IMG/VR virus record: IMGVR_UViG_3300010353_002388
Span: 1 to 31,164 of that record
Direction: 5' to 3' (one strand)
Source of the DNA: a virus
Length of the DNA: 31,164 bases
Shown here piece by piece: positions 1 through 8,487 of the stretch (positions are counted from its first letter, which is position 1; the number at the start of each line of letters is the position of its first letter). The notes under the pieces were generated by a model, which was not told where the DNA came from, made no database searches, and saw only the letters and a program-made list of their open reading frames with translations. Made by a program: the position numbers and the translations under genes.

Positions 1-423
1 GATGTATTTAGAGTGGTTTTCTATTTGTTCACGTATAATGAGAATAGGCCCAAGATCGGCCATTATTTGAATCTCTTTTACCCTTTCATTAGGAAATCTT
101 TTTTGTGATTTATAAGTATAAAAATCATATTTTTCTGAAAATTGTTTACGATAGGTTTTATTTACCTTTTGCAAAAGAGTTAAAAGATAATGATAATATT
201 CTACGGCTTGCTGTCTTTCTGTATAGATATTAGTCATAAGTTCAGCAACATCAGGGAGTCTTTTCATCATTGTAGACATATTTTGAACTTTAGCTTTCCA
301 TTCAACTCTTTCTTTAGAGAAACGAGATTCCATGGTATCTTGGCCTTCTTTATTTTCAGGAACCTCTTCTTTTATAAAGTCGTCAAAAGAGCTCGGTATT
401 TGTGGAAGAGTCTCGTTTTCCAT
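1..423 (-). CDS. UvsY-like recombination mediator protein (partial, runs off the window start)
   Basis: Not in the ORF track; hand-translated from ATG 423: MENETLPQIPSSFDDFIKEE...YRKQFSEKYDFYTYKSQKRFPNERVKEIQIMADLGPILIIREQIENHSKYI, open to position 1. The EKY-x-YY-x-K...I-x-AD-L pattern resembles T4-like UvsY; it lies downstream of primase and SSB. Confidence 0.5.
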   Translation of the reverse strand, partial: MENETLPQIPSSFDDFIKEEVPENKEGQDTMESRFSKERVEWKAKVQNMSTMMKRLPDVAELMTNIYTERQQAVEYYHYLLTLLQKVNKTYRKQFSEKYDFYTYKSQKRFPNERVKEIQIMADLGPILIIREQIENHSKYI

Positions 424-556
424 TCTTTTTCGGTTTAAATATTTCTATTTTTGTTTTTTTGTTTTCCTTTTTAGGATTAGAAATTTTAATATCTAAATTA
501 GGTATTTCCTCATCGAAATTAAAATTCCATTTTAGTTTTGGATCGAGTGGTTTCAT
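383..556 (-). CDS. small Lys-rich hypothetical protein (57 aa)
   Basis: ATG overlaps the primase TGA stop (ATGA); hand translation MKPLDPKLKWNFNFDEEIPNLDIKISNPKKENKKTKIEIFKPKKNGKRDSSTNTELF*. Confidence 0.5.
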   Translation of the reverse strand: MKPLDPKLKWNFNFDEEIPNLDIKISNPKKENKKTKIEIFKPKKNGKRDSSTNTELF

Positions 557-1674
557 AATTCAATTAAATCCATTGGGTCATCAGTAAAATATTTATCCCA
601 CATAGGAACTACAGCCTTATTCATCTTTAACCATATCATGAAATCATTTAGATCCCATTTTCTTCCAAATGCTGGTTTAGGGGGAAGACCATAATCTCTT
701 TTTAACCTCTCCCAAAGAAAAATTTGGTAACCCTCATTTATTCTTTTAAGAGCATTAGTTCTTCCTGTTGAATCGTCATCATAGAAATATCTTCGAGGCA
801 TTTCAATAGGAAACGATTTATTAGCTCCTCCATTTGCAATAGAATTTGGGAATAAAAAGGAATCAAAAGGTCCTTCAAAAATGGTTACTGGTCGATTAAA
901 ATTTATTCTGCAAATATTAAAAAGTTGAGAAAGGGTTTCTATTTCGTCGGGGACTTTTTCTGTTTTTCCCAGCAATTCATACATCTTTGTAGCACCATAG
1001 GTCATATATCCTCCATGGTTTCTTAAAAACCTTCTCTTCTGAAATCCTAAAATCTTTCCCGAAGGAGTTAAATTTAGGATTAATAAAAAATTATGATAAG
1101 TGCTATATAGGAAATATTCTTCTTTGAATTGCAATCTCCTATTTAACCATGACCAGACAGGAGAATCTTTCGCTTCGATTAAACCAAATCTCTTTTTGAT
1201 CTCCTGTCTGTCAATGGCATACCCCTCAATGGTCGGAACATCCAGTAGAAGAGAAATATCATACTTTCCTGCTACTGAGGTGAAATCCCCCTTATTTTCC
1301 GCTATATACGTAAGGACATCTAAGGTTAGGTCTATTTTAAAATCCTTAAAGAATTGATCTACTCTCTTAAATTCCCCACAGTTAAAACATTTATAATAAA
1401 ATTTGTGTTTTCCCTCTAAGATTATATTTCCTCTTTGTTTCCAAGAGCTTTGCATAGAGTCGCCACAATAAGGACAGCTGCCCGTTATCCTTTTTGAATG
1501 TTTATGAATTTTTTGTTTAATCGGGTCAGAAGGAAATCTTGCTCTTGAAATATTCTCAAAATTATTCATAAGAATATTTAAAAGCTGATCAGGAGAAACT
1601 TTTCTATCAAGTTCCTCAAAATCAAAGAATGTTGATGTGTCAAATAAGGCGCTCATACGAAATTCTTTTAACAT
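553..1674 (-). CDS. DNA primase (T4 gp61-like)
   Basis: Zn ribbon CPYCGD...CFNC; TOPRIM motifs IFEGPFDS and YFYDDD..G; C-terminal KWDLND. True start may be the second Met (MSALFD). Confidence 0.9.
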   Translation of the reverse strand: MLKEFRMSALFDTSTFFDFEELDRKVSPDQLLNILMNNFENISRARFPSDPIKQKIHKHSKRITGSCPYCGDSMQSSWKQRGNIILEGKHKFYYKCFNCGEFKRVDQFFKDFKIDLTLDVLTYIAENKGDFTSVAGKYDISLLLDVPTIEGYAIDRQEIKKRFGLIEAKDSPVWSWLNRRLQFKEEYFLYSTYHNFLLILNLTPSGKILGFQKRRFLRNHGGYMTYGATKMYELLGKTEKVPDEIETLSQLFNICRINFNRPVTIFEGPFDSFLFPNSIANGGANKSFPIEMPRRYFYDDDSTGRTNALKRINEGYQIFLWERLKRDYGLPPKPAFGRKWDLNDFMIWLKMNKAVVPMWDKYFTDDPMDLIEL

Positions 1675-1730
1675 AATCTTTGGGAGGACAAATTACTTCA
1701 TCCCCCCTAAAGATCATGCTCAAGTTTTAT

Positions 1731-2738
1731 TTACATCTTTCCGATGATGTCGTCGAGGTCTCCAAGATCACTGGCACCTTTGGAACCACCTATGTTTCCA
1801 AGGTCAAGATCCGGAATGTCAAGATTATCTCCGCCAAGGTCAAGATCATCTACACTTATATCAGACGAAGTTATACCCGCTTTCCCCTGAAGAGTTGCAT
1901 CACCAGCTGTACCGGATTTTGGAGCAGCTGAATCTTTGCTAACAACATTAGCATATTTCTGTGAAACTGTACCTTCTCCAGTAACAGCTACGATTACATG
2001 ATTTACATAATCATAAGTATCCTGATCCCACTCTTTATAAGAGTATTTAGAAAGATCTGGGGAGTTAGCTTTAACCCATTCGAAAATTTCTTTCTTGTTA
2101 CCCTGAGGAGTGACAGGAACAAGTTTTCCATCTGCATTAGGAATGCAAAGGGGAATTCTCTTATCAACGAACTTTGACTGATCATAGTTGTTGAATCCTG
2201 AAACCTTAGTAATTACTAAAGCGAAAGCTTTTCCCTGGAGAATATCGAATGGATCATGAGATTCACCGATAACAGGTTTGAGTTCAGCCTGTATCTTTTC
2301 CCATATCTTAACTCCATAACGGAAGACCATAATCTTACCCTCTGCTTCGGGGTTATTCTCGTCACGAATGACCTGAACAAGTGAAGCATAAGAGTGCCTA
2401 CGTGAAAAGTTGACGGCAAGTTTCTGCATTTGAACACTTTCGCTTTTGCGAAGTTTCCAGTAAATATCCTGGAGAGGTGATGGTTTACCCACAGAACTGG
2501 GGCAATCAATATATCGGCCACGCTGTGTAACAGGGTCAACCAAATATGATACCCATTTTTCTTGAATAGAACCGTGTTTTGGATCTTGGTGCCAGGGAAT
2601 AAAACGAATGATGGACTGATAAATTCCACCTTTTCCCTTATCGGCGGTTGGATTGTACTCCTCTGTTTGTTTAGAGGTTGTTGAGGGAGCTTCTACTCCC
2701 GGCGTAAAGAACGCATCGTAGTTTTCTACATTACTCAT
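1731..2738 (-). CDS. single-stranded DNA-binding protein (T4 gp32-like)
   Basis: IIRFIPW, YGVKIWEKI, DPFD...GKAFALVITKVSGFNNYDQSKF motifs; acidic C-terminal tail (DDLDLGGD...DLDDII). Confidence 0.88.
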   Translation of the reverse strand: MSNVENYDAFFTPGVEAPSTTSKQTEEYNPTADKGKGGIYQSIIRFIPWHQDPKHGSIQEKWVSYLVDPVTQRGRYIDCPSSVGKPSPLQDIYWKLRKSESVQMQKLAVNFSRRHSYASLVQVIRDENNPEAEGKIMVFRYGVKIWEKIQAELKPVIGESHDPFDILQGKAFALVITKVSGFNNYDQSKFVDKRIPLCIPNADGKLVPVTPQGNKKEIFEWVKANSPDLSKYSYKEWDQDTYDYVNHVIVAVTGEGTVSQKYANVVSKDSAAPKSGTAGDATLQGKAGITSSDISVDDLDLGGDNLDIPDLDLGNIGGSKGASDLGDLDDIIGKM

Positions 2739-2814
2739 AGTTTTAAGACATTTTAGTTAGTAAGACAATTTAGCTTTTTAGGTACCTTTAGCTCATTTAT
2801 CTATGTATATATCC

Positions 2815-2846
2815 AAAAACAAAGGCGAAGTTTTGTGCTCCGCCTC
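2815..2846 (-). terminator. intrinsic terminator
   Basis: Minus strand GAGGCGGAG-CACAAAA-CTTCGCCTT followed by TGTTTTT, just after the 2874 ORF stop. Confidence 0.65.
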
Positions 2847-2873
2847 ATTATTTTATTAACTTTTCGTTAAATT

Positions 2874-3230
2874 TTACTCTAAATATTCTCTTATTTTTTC
2901 TTTAGCTTTTTCCAATTTAGTAAAGGTCATTTGCCTATCCATATATGTTGTAGAAGCAAAATAATATTCTAATCCAGATTTTACCCAAGCCAAAGAATAA
3001 GCATCTAATTGATATTTGTCCTTGGAAGATTTGATAATTTTTTTATCCTTAAAAACAGAAACTACTACCATTTCTCCGGCTTCAGTAGTTTTATCATCAG
3101 TAATCCTAGGTTCTAAAGAAGGATCAATTTCTTTAAAAGCCGCCATAAGTTTTTGTGCTTCTCTAGCATGCTTATTTCCGATGTTCATAGAATCCTTAGG
3201 ATCGATACCTCTTACAAATTGTGCTCTCAT
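2874..3230 (-). CDS. hypothetical protein with N-terminal FERG-type tag (single module)
   Basis: Starts MRAQFVRGIDPKDSMNIG, a variant of the recurring F-x-RG-x-DPK-x-S-x-x-IG tag; ATGA overlap with the upstream gene. Confidence 0.75.
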   Translation of the reverse strand: MRAQFVRGIDPKDSMNIGNKHAREAQKLMAAFKEIDPSLEPRITDDKTTEAGEMVVVSVFKDKKIIKSSKDKYQLDAYSLAWVKSGLEYYFASTTYMDRQMTFTKLEKAKEKIREYLE

Positions 3231-4006
3231 CTTATTTTAAGATTTCTTTTCTTCAACCCATCTAATCCTTCAGACTCCCATATTTCTTTTACCCTGGAAT
3301 AGTAAATGTAAAATTTATTTATATATTTTTTCTTTTGGGATTCGGAGATATATTCCCATGGTTCAAATCCCTTTTTAAACCAATATAACTGATCATTCCA
3401 ATCATAAAATACATAATCCCTATTTTTCTTTTCCATAGTTTGTTCCAATCCAGCCCAATAATGGCCGGAGATTGCTTCAGAAAAATAAGCATTTAGTTCG
3501 ACAGGGTCCAGATAATATTTGGCTACCTCAGCATCATAGTTTATTCCAGAATTTGATAGAATCTTTCCCTGCAATCCATTATATCCGGATCTTTGATTTT
3601 TTCCTCCACTTATCCAATAATCATAAGCATGCTGTAATTCATGTAATAAATTTTCTCTAGAGCAAAAAATTATAAAGCCTGATTTAAATACCTTATATTT
3701 TTCTAATGACTCCGGTGTAAATACGTTCTTGTAATCTGGAGGATAAATGATTGCACCAGCTTCCTGCCATTCTTCGTCGGATATATCACCGTAGATTAAT
3801 CCTATTCCGCTTTGAATAAATTTATCTATTTTTTCATATTTCTTAGAATCGACTATATTTCGAATATCAAATTCATCAGAATCCTCTTTAAGAGGATTTA
3901 ATCTCTTTATATTTTTTTCCTTAAACCAGGAAAAGATCTCAAAGGAAACTTTATGTAATTCCTTTAAACTATTATAATCCTCATTTAAAACAAATTGAGC
4001 TCTCAT
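3227..4006 (-). CDS. putative zincin-like metalloprotein (HExxH)
   Basis: LLHELQHAYD motif and downstream YYLDPVELNAY; N-terminus MRAQFVLNE shares its leader with the next gene. Confidence 0.6.
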   Translation of the reverse strand: MRAQFVLNEDYNSLKELHKVSFEIFSWFKEKNIKRLNPLKEDSDEFDIRNIVDSKKYEKIDKFIQSGIGLIYGDISDEEWQEAGAIIYPPDYKNVFTPESLEKYKVFKSGFIIFCSRENLLHELQHAYDYWISGGKNQRSGYNGLQGKILSNSGINYDAEVAKYYLDPVELNAYFSEAISGHYWAGLEQTMEKKNRDYVFYDWNDQLYWFKKGFEPWEYISESQKKKYINKFYIYYSRVKEIWESEGLDGLKKRNLKIR

Positions 4007-4009
4007 AAA

Positions 4010-5560
4010 TTAATAAATAGTTCCCAAAATACATAAAATATCTTCTGTAATTTGGTTTTTAATATAAATTTCTCTAGTCGATGATCCAATTAACTGGAAT
4101 TTTCCCACTTCATCTTCTTTATCATATACCCAATCTTCCCTTTCGATATATTGATCAAGAATTAAATCATTTGGATTTAATGGAATATCTTCTGGATCAT
4201 TAGGCCAAATGCCTACCCCAACTTTTTGCTCTGATGTTTGTAACATTTTAGCTGCTGCTGTAAGTAAATTATTTTGTTCTCCAGCAAACAGATTTTCAAA
4301 CCATGGATATTTTTCACAAGCTTCCATAAAAGGCATTGAAGGAATAGTAGCAAAGAAATTATTTTTATTCTTGCCAATATTCATAGCTTTTTTAGGATCC
4401 ATCCCTCTTTCAAAATTTACTGCTTCACTTACAAAATTTGGAAATGCTCCTATATTTTTAAAATATTCTTTGAAAGGCCCTTTTATTTTATATTTTATCT
4501 TGTATACAGCGGATCTTTTTTCTTCATATTCTCCTGGGAATTGTAAAAATTCATCAATACCATATCCCTTTAAAATATCCTCTATCCAATTTTTTGGATA
4601 AACTGAACTAAAAATATAATAGTCTTCACCCATCGGATAAAATCCCCATAGAGTTTGCATATCTCTTTTGCTACCTAATTCAATTTCATTATGATGTATA
4701 TTTTTTAATTTATTGAGTATTCTATTTTTTGTTCCTATATCTATAGAAGCTTTTGGATCTAGTCCTCTTTCAAAATCCAATGATTCATCAATTTTTCCTC
4801 CCCATTGAGCTATTATTTCATTTGCAGCTTCTTGGGGTGATTTTCTTCCGCCATAATTTAAATTAGCAAATGGTTTTCCGGGTTTATTCCATTTTATAGG
4901 TGTAAAATAATATTGATTGTCGTCTTTAGATTCGAAAAATTCAATGCCATAATTATAAGAAGACGTAGGAGGGATCCAAGTAGCTCGGATTCCCGTTTGA
5001 AGAAGAAATGTGGCTTTGCGAACATCGATTTTACCACCATATTTCTTTTGAATATCACCAAAAATATTTTTGAGTTCTTCTCTAGCTTTTTCAAGCATTC
5101 GATTATGGTAATGTCCTATTTTTAAAGAATCTTTTGGCTCTAGACCTCTTTCAAAATTTATGGATTCATTTACTTCAGGGTCTTTCAGATAAACTATATA
5201 AGGTTTTCGAGAACGATCAAATTCCAAAATTCCTTTATTTTCTAGTTCATCAAAAATCCTTCTCATCGTAAGAGATGGGATTTCTCTCTCCGGGCGAATT
5301 TCTGGAAACGGAGCAAAATTACCATGAGTTATCAGATGATTAAGCATTTTTACCTGATAATCTATAGTCCAATCGGGCTGTCTCGGTAAGTTTTTAACAA
5401 TATAAGGCTTGAGAGAAGTCTTTCTTAAATATTGAATAGCTTCTTCGGGTGAATATGGAGTATTGGCGGGATATATTCTATCCCAAGTATTTTCATATCT
5501 TGAAAGACCAATATCCATTGCTTTTCTAGGATCTTGGCCCTTTATAAATTTAGCATCCAT
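4010..5560 (-). CDS. four-module protein with FERG-type tags (putative head-packaged polyprotein)
   Basis: Tags at aa 1 (MDAKFIKGQDPRKAMDIG), 132 (ESINFERGLEPKDSLKIG), 259 (ESLDFERGLDPKASIDIG) and 379 (EAVNFERGMDPKKAMNIG); the sequence between tags is unrelated. Confidence 0.75.
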   Translation of the reverse strand: MDAKFIKGQDPRKAMDIGLSRYENTWDRIYPANTPYSPEEAIQYLRKTSLKPYIVKNLPRQPDWTIDYQVKMLNHLITHGNFAPFPEIRPEREIPSLTMRRIFDELENKGILEFDRSRKPYIVYLKDPEVNESINFERGLEPKDSLKIGHYHNRMLEKAREELKNIFGDIQKKYGGKIDVRKATFLLQTGIRATWIPPTSSYNYGIEFFESKDDNQYYFTPIKWNKPGKPFANLNYGGRKSPQEAANEIIAQWGGKIDESLDFERGLDPKASIDIGTKNRILNKLKNIHHNEIELGSKRDMQTLWGFYPMGEDYYIFSSVYPKNWIEDILKGYGIDEFLQFPGEYEEKRSAVYKIKYKIKGPFKEYFKNIGAFPNFVSEAVNFERGMDPKKAMNIGKNKNNFFATIPSMPFMEACEKYPWFENLFAGEQNNLLTAAAKMLQTSEQKVGVGIWPNDPEDIPLNPNDLILDQYIEREDWVYDKEDEVGKFQLIGSSTREIYIKNQITEDILCILGTIY

Positions 5561-6738
5561 TATTTATCTCTTCCAAAGCGGAAGAAGCTAATTATTTTAA
5601 GTAGCGGAAGATAACTTCCGGTAAGTTTAAAGAGGTTTCCTTCAAATTTAAATACAATTCCTTCTACAGGAACTATTGAATCCCATCCTCCAGCTCTAAT
5701 AAATCTGTCATACTGAATTCTTAAGTTTTCAGATTTTTCTCCTTTATACTCTTTCAATTTATTTATCCCTGTTTCCGCTTTATTAGATATGATTTTTTTG
5801 GATTCTTCTGGATTAGAGCAAGCAATATCTTTTAGGTTTTGAAGAATTTTTACCCCCACTTTTGATAAGAGTTCAATAATTATCTCAAGGAATTCAGTTC
5901 GGGTCTCTTCAATTGTTGAATCCACCTCTCTTACCCAGGTAGCTAATCTTGAATTTACCCCAACTAAAAGTTTCGTAATATTTCTGGATTTATCTAAATA
6001 CGCCCATCTTTGAATAAGTCCTCTTCTTAATCCTGGGTCTTCTTCATTATACATATTAAATTCAAAATCTATGAATTCTTCTAATTCTATTGCTAGAAAA
6101 TCTTTTAAAGTATTTCCTTCTACCAAATTTCTTTCATACATTAAATCATCCAATTCATTAAGGAATAGAGACGGATCTATAACTGAAAAAGAAACTTTAT
6201 TAGTTTTATCGACATCAAAAGTAGTTTTTGCCCCATTCTGGGCATCTTTAATAAGTTCTAAAAATTCGTCTAGATTTCTATCGACAATTTTTCCTTCCGT
6301 TTGAACATTATGAATTCGAAGTTGGCTTTTTCCATAATGGATAATATTTTCCATTAAAGGAGTCAGTAATTCCATATTCAACCAATATTTTCCATCACAG
6401 AAGAAATTTTGGAGAATTTTTTCCTCTATTGGAACGAAAATCAGTTGTAAATCTTGAGCAGCTGTAGCATAAGACTCCTTGGATTCCGGGGTTTTCATAT
6501 AATCACCTACAAGATCCCAGCGAATAGCTTCAGCTCCGTTATTTCGAACTTGTTTAGGAGTACGAGCAATATAAACATGACCATTTTTATAAGTGGCCAT
6601 TATATTTTGTCCGTCTAATTTTTCAGATGGATTTTCAAGAGTTCCATAGCAAGCTCTTGTAATTATTTCTCTTATCTGTCCGAATGTTAAATCTGTATTT
6701 TCCCAAGGGGATAAAATGTGTCCGGCTGATCCTGCCAT
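5560..6738 (-). CDS. ligase/nucleotidyltransferase-like protein with KxDG motif (start corrected to MAGSAGH)
   Basis: MAGSAGHILSPWEN N-terminus, SEKLDGQN (motif I-like), VEGIVFKF and FKLTG near the C-terminus. ATG 6738 follows TAAT of the extended upstream gene, so the track's 43-aa extension from 6867 is probably spurious. Confidence 0.6.
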   Translation of the reverse strand: MAGSAGHILSPWENTDLTFGQIREIITRACYGTLENPSEKLDGQNIMATYKNGHVYIARTPKQVRNNGAEAIRWDLVGDYMKTPESKESYATAAQDLQLIFVPIEEKILQNFFCDGKYWLNMELLTPLMENIIHYGKSQLRIHNVQTEGKIVDRNLDEFLELIKDAQNGAKTTFDVDKTNKVSFSVIDPSLFLNELDDLMYERNLVEGNTLKDFLAIELEEFIDFEFNMYNEEDPGLRRGLIQRWAYLDKSRNITKLLVGVNSRLATWVREVDSTIEETRTEFLEIIIELLSKVGVKILQNLKDIACSNPEESKKIISNKAETGINKLKEYKGEKSENLRIQYDRFIRAGGWDSIVPVEGIVFKFEGNLFKLTGSYLPLLKIISFFRFGRDK

Positions 6739-6739
6739 A

Positions 6740-7539
6740 TTATGATCTTTTACGTGTCCAAGTTTTCTTTTTTTCGTTCCATTCCCAATCTTTAAGAGGC
6801 TCATCGTCCTCATCCTCGACAATCGGAAATTGTGCTTTATAATTATATCCTGCTTGATAACGATCATATCCTAAAGGAGAACTTTCTGTAGGTGTTCCTG
6901 ATGTGTGAAGAGCTTCTGTTACAGCATCGTTTTCAGTATCAGTTACAGCATCATTTTCTGGTAAAGAAATATTTTGTTCTAATATATCCCATATAAAAGA
7001 TACTGTTCTTCTGTTGAATCAGGATAACCTGCCATAAAATTTTCGATATTTCCCTCAATAAGATCCTGTCTAAGAACGCTCGCCGAAATAGGTTCTCCTT
7101 CGTGTTCGTCGGTTCGTCCTCTAAAATGCAAGGGTTCAATATTTACAGATAATTGGACAATATCAACTCCTTCTCTATAAAATTTTCCTTCTGGCGAATG
7201 TTTTTTGGCAAAGTCTGTGATCCTTTTAGCATTTTCTTCTTCTTTACTTGAAGCGGCAAGGGTATAAGCTCCTTTATCAGCTTCTTCCATAATCTTATAA
7301 GCTGCTAATACCGGAGAAGGCCAAGGAACACCTTGAACTACTACTTTTTTCATATCCTCAGTTAATTTCTCGAGCATTTCTACAGCTTGAGATTGGACAA
7401 TTCCGTCACGAACCCCTGGTCCTACAAGGACCCAGATTTCTTTTACTTCGGGAAGTTCTGCATATTTTTTAATAAGATCAATATGCCCTCCATGAGGGGG
7501 TTTAAATCCACCGGGATATAAAACAGTTACTTTTTCCAT
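6740..7539 (-). CDS. HxGH nucleotidyltransferase (cytidylyltransferase-like), apparent frameshift near 7003
   Basis: YPGGFKPPHGGH and ISASVLR motifs. The frame stops at TAG 6979, but a -1 frame from ~7003 continues VSFIWDILEQ...KTWTRKRS to TAA 6740-6742, one base before the next ATG. Confidence 0.75.
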
Positions 7540-8393
7540 TCTTCAACTTCTTTTGGTATTGAGAGATTTTGCTCTTCGAGGCATTCAACAAATCGATTGA
7601 TGATGCCTTCTCGTTTATTTATCCACTTAAAATTAGGGGACATAACTATATCCCAGAGTTTCTCAAAAGTATTAATATCGCTTGGTTTATAGTGTTCCCC
7701 GACAGTTAAATCCGTAACCTCCTGGGGATCATTTGTAATAAAGAAATCAAAGCCTTCTACATTTTTACCTTTTTTTACTAATCCCTTTTTGCCCATGAAA
7801 TTTTTTCTTACCCGAGAAACACCAAAGGGATACCTTAAAATATTTACTTCTATTTCTTCAATACCACCATCTTCCGTAGTTTTAGTAATTTCTTTTGTGG
7901 GCTCTGTGATAAGAGCCATAAGAAGAATATTCCGATAATAACCCTTATATTTTGATTCTTCCTTTCGAAAATCCGGAGAATGATATATAAATCTTGACCA
8001 GTAGAGATTGGTGGATAACATTAAATCGATCTGAACCAAATCCTTTTCATCCGGAAATATTTCCCCGCAATTTTCAAGACTTTTAGATCCTCCGATAGGA
8101 CAGCCAAAAGAAACAATTCTGAATCCATAGTTCACCTTTGTTTCGAATCCCATTCCTTCGAGATCAAGTCTTAAAAGATTGAGTTCAATATTTTTTGGCA
8201 TAGAGACAGCAATATCAATATCTCCGTGTGTTTCCCCTTCTTTTTTCTTTCCATAAGAACCCAATATTTCTACATCTTTATCTTCTATTGGGATAACTGT
8301 TAGCCGAGGGAAAACCTCTTGCCTTATCCATTTGATTGTTTTTTCAGCCTCTTCAAAAGTAACTGATCGAGATTTTACGGCATTACCTCCCAT
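7527..8393 (-). CDS. Pol-beta superfamily nucleotidyltransferase (start corrected to MGGNAV)
   Basis: LGSYGKK...GDIDIAV (GS/DxD) and third Asp in VQIDLM; ATG 8393 lies downstream of a TAnnTTTG element. Confidence 0.78.
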   Translation of the reverse strand: MGGNAVKSRSVTFEEAEKTIKWIRQEVFPRLTVIPIEDKDVEILGSYGKKKEGETHGDIDIAVSMPKNIELNLLRLDLEGMGFETKVNYGFRIVSFGCPIGGSKSLENCGEIFPDEKDLVQIDLMLSTNLYWSRFIYHSPDFRKEESKYKGYYRNILLMALITEPTKEITKTTEDGGIEEIEVNILRYPFGVSRVRKNFMGKKGLVKKGKNVEGFDFFITNDPQEVTDLTVGEHYKPSDINTFEKLWDIVMSPNFKWINKREGIINRFVECLEEQNLSIPKEVEEWKK

Positions 8394-8407
8394 AATATAA
8401 TTTTTTA

Positions 8408-8415
8408 CAAATATA
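8408..8415 (-). promoter_or_regulatory. Bacteroidota-type -7 promoter element (TAnnTTTG)
   Basis: Minus strand TATATTTG, 14 nt before ATG 8393; no clear -33 TTTG found. Confidence 0.4.
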
Positions 8416-8417
8416 CA

Positions 8418-8450
8418 CAAAAATGGGATAAGTTTTATTCTTATCCCGTT
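8418..8450 (-). terminator. intrinsic terminator
   Basis: AACGGGATAAG-AATAAAA-CTTATCCCATT plus T run after the 8488 stop. Confidence 0.7.
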
Positions 8451-8487
8451 ATGGTTTTGTTAAAAAATCGAATAATTATAAAAGCCA

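Noticed and set aside
6739-6867. N-terminal 43-aa extension of the KxDG gene (similarly the 8420, 10307 and 16737 starts)
   Set aside because: These extensions overlap the upstream gene or regulatory elements; downstream Met codons give cleaner gene junctions.
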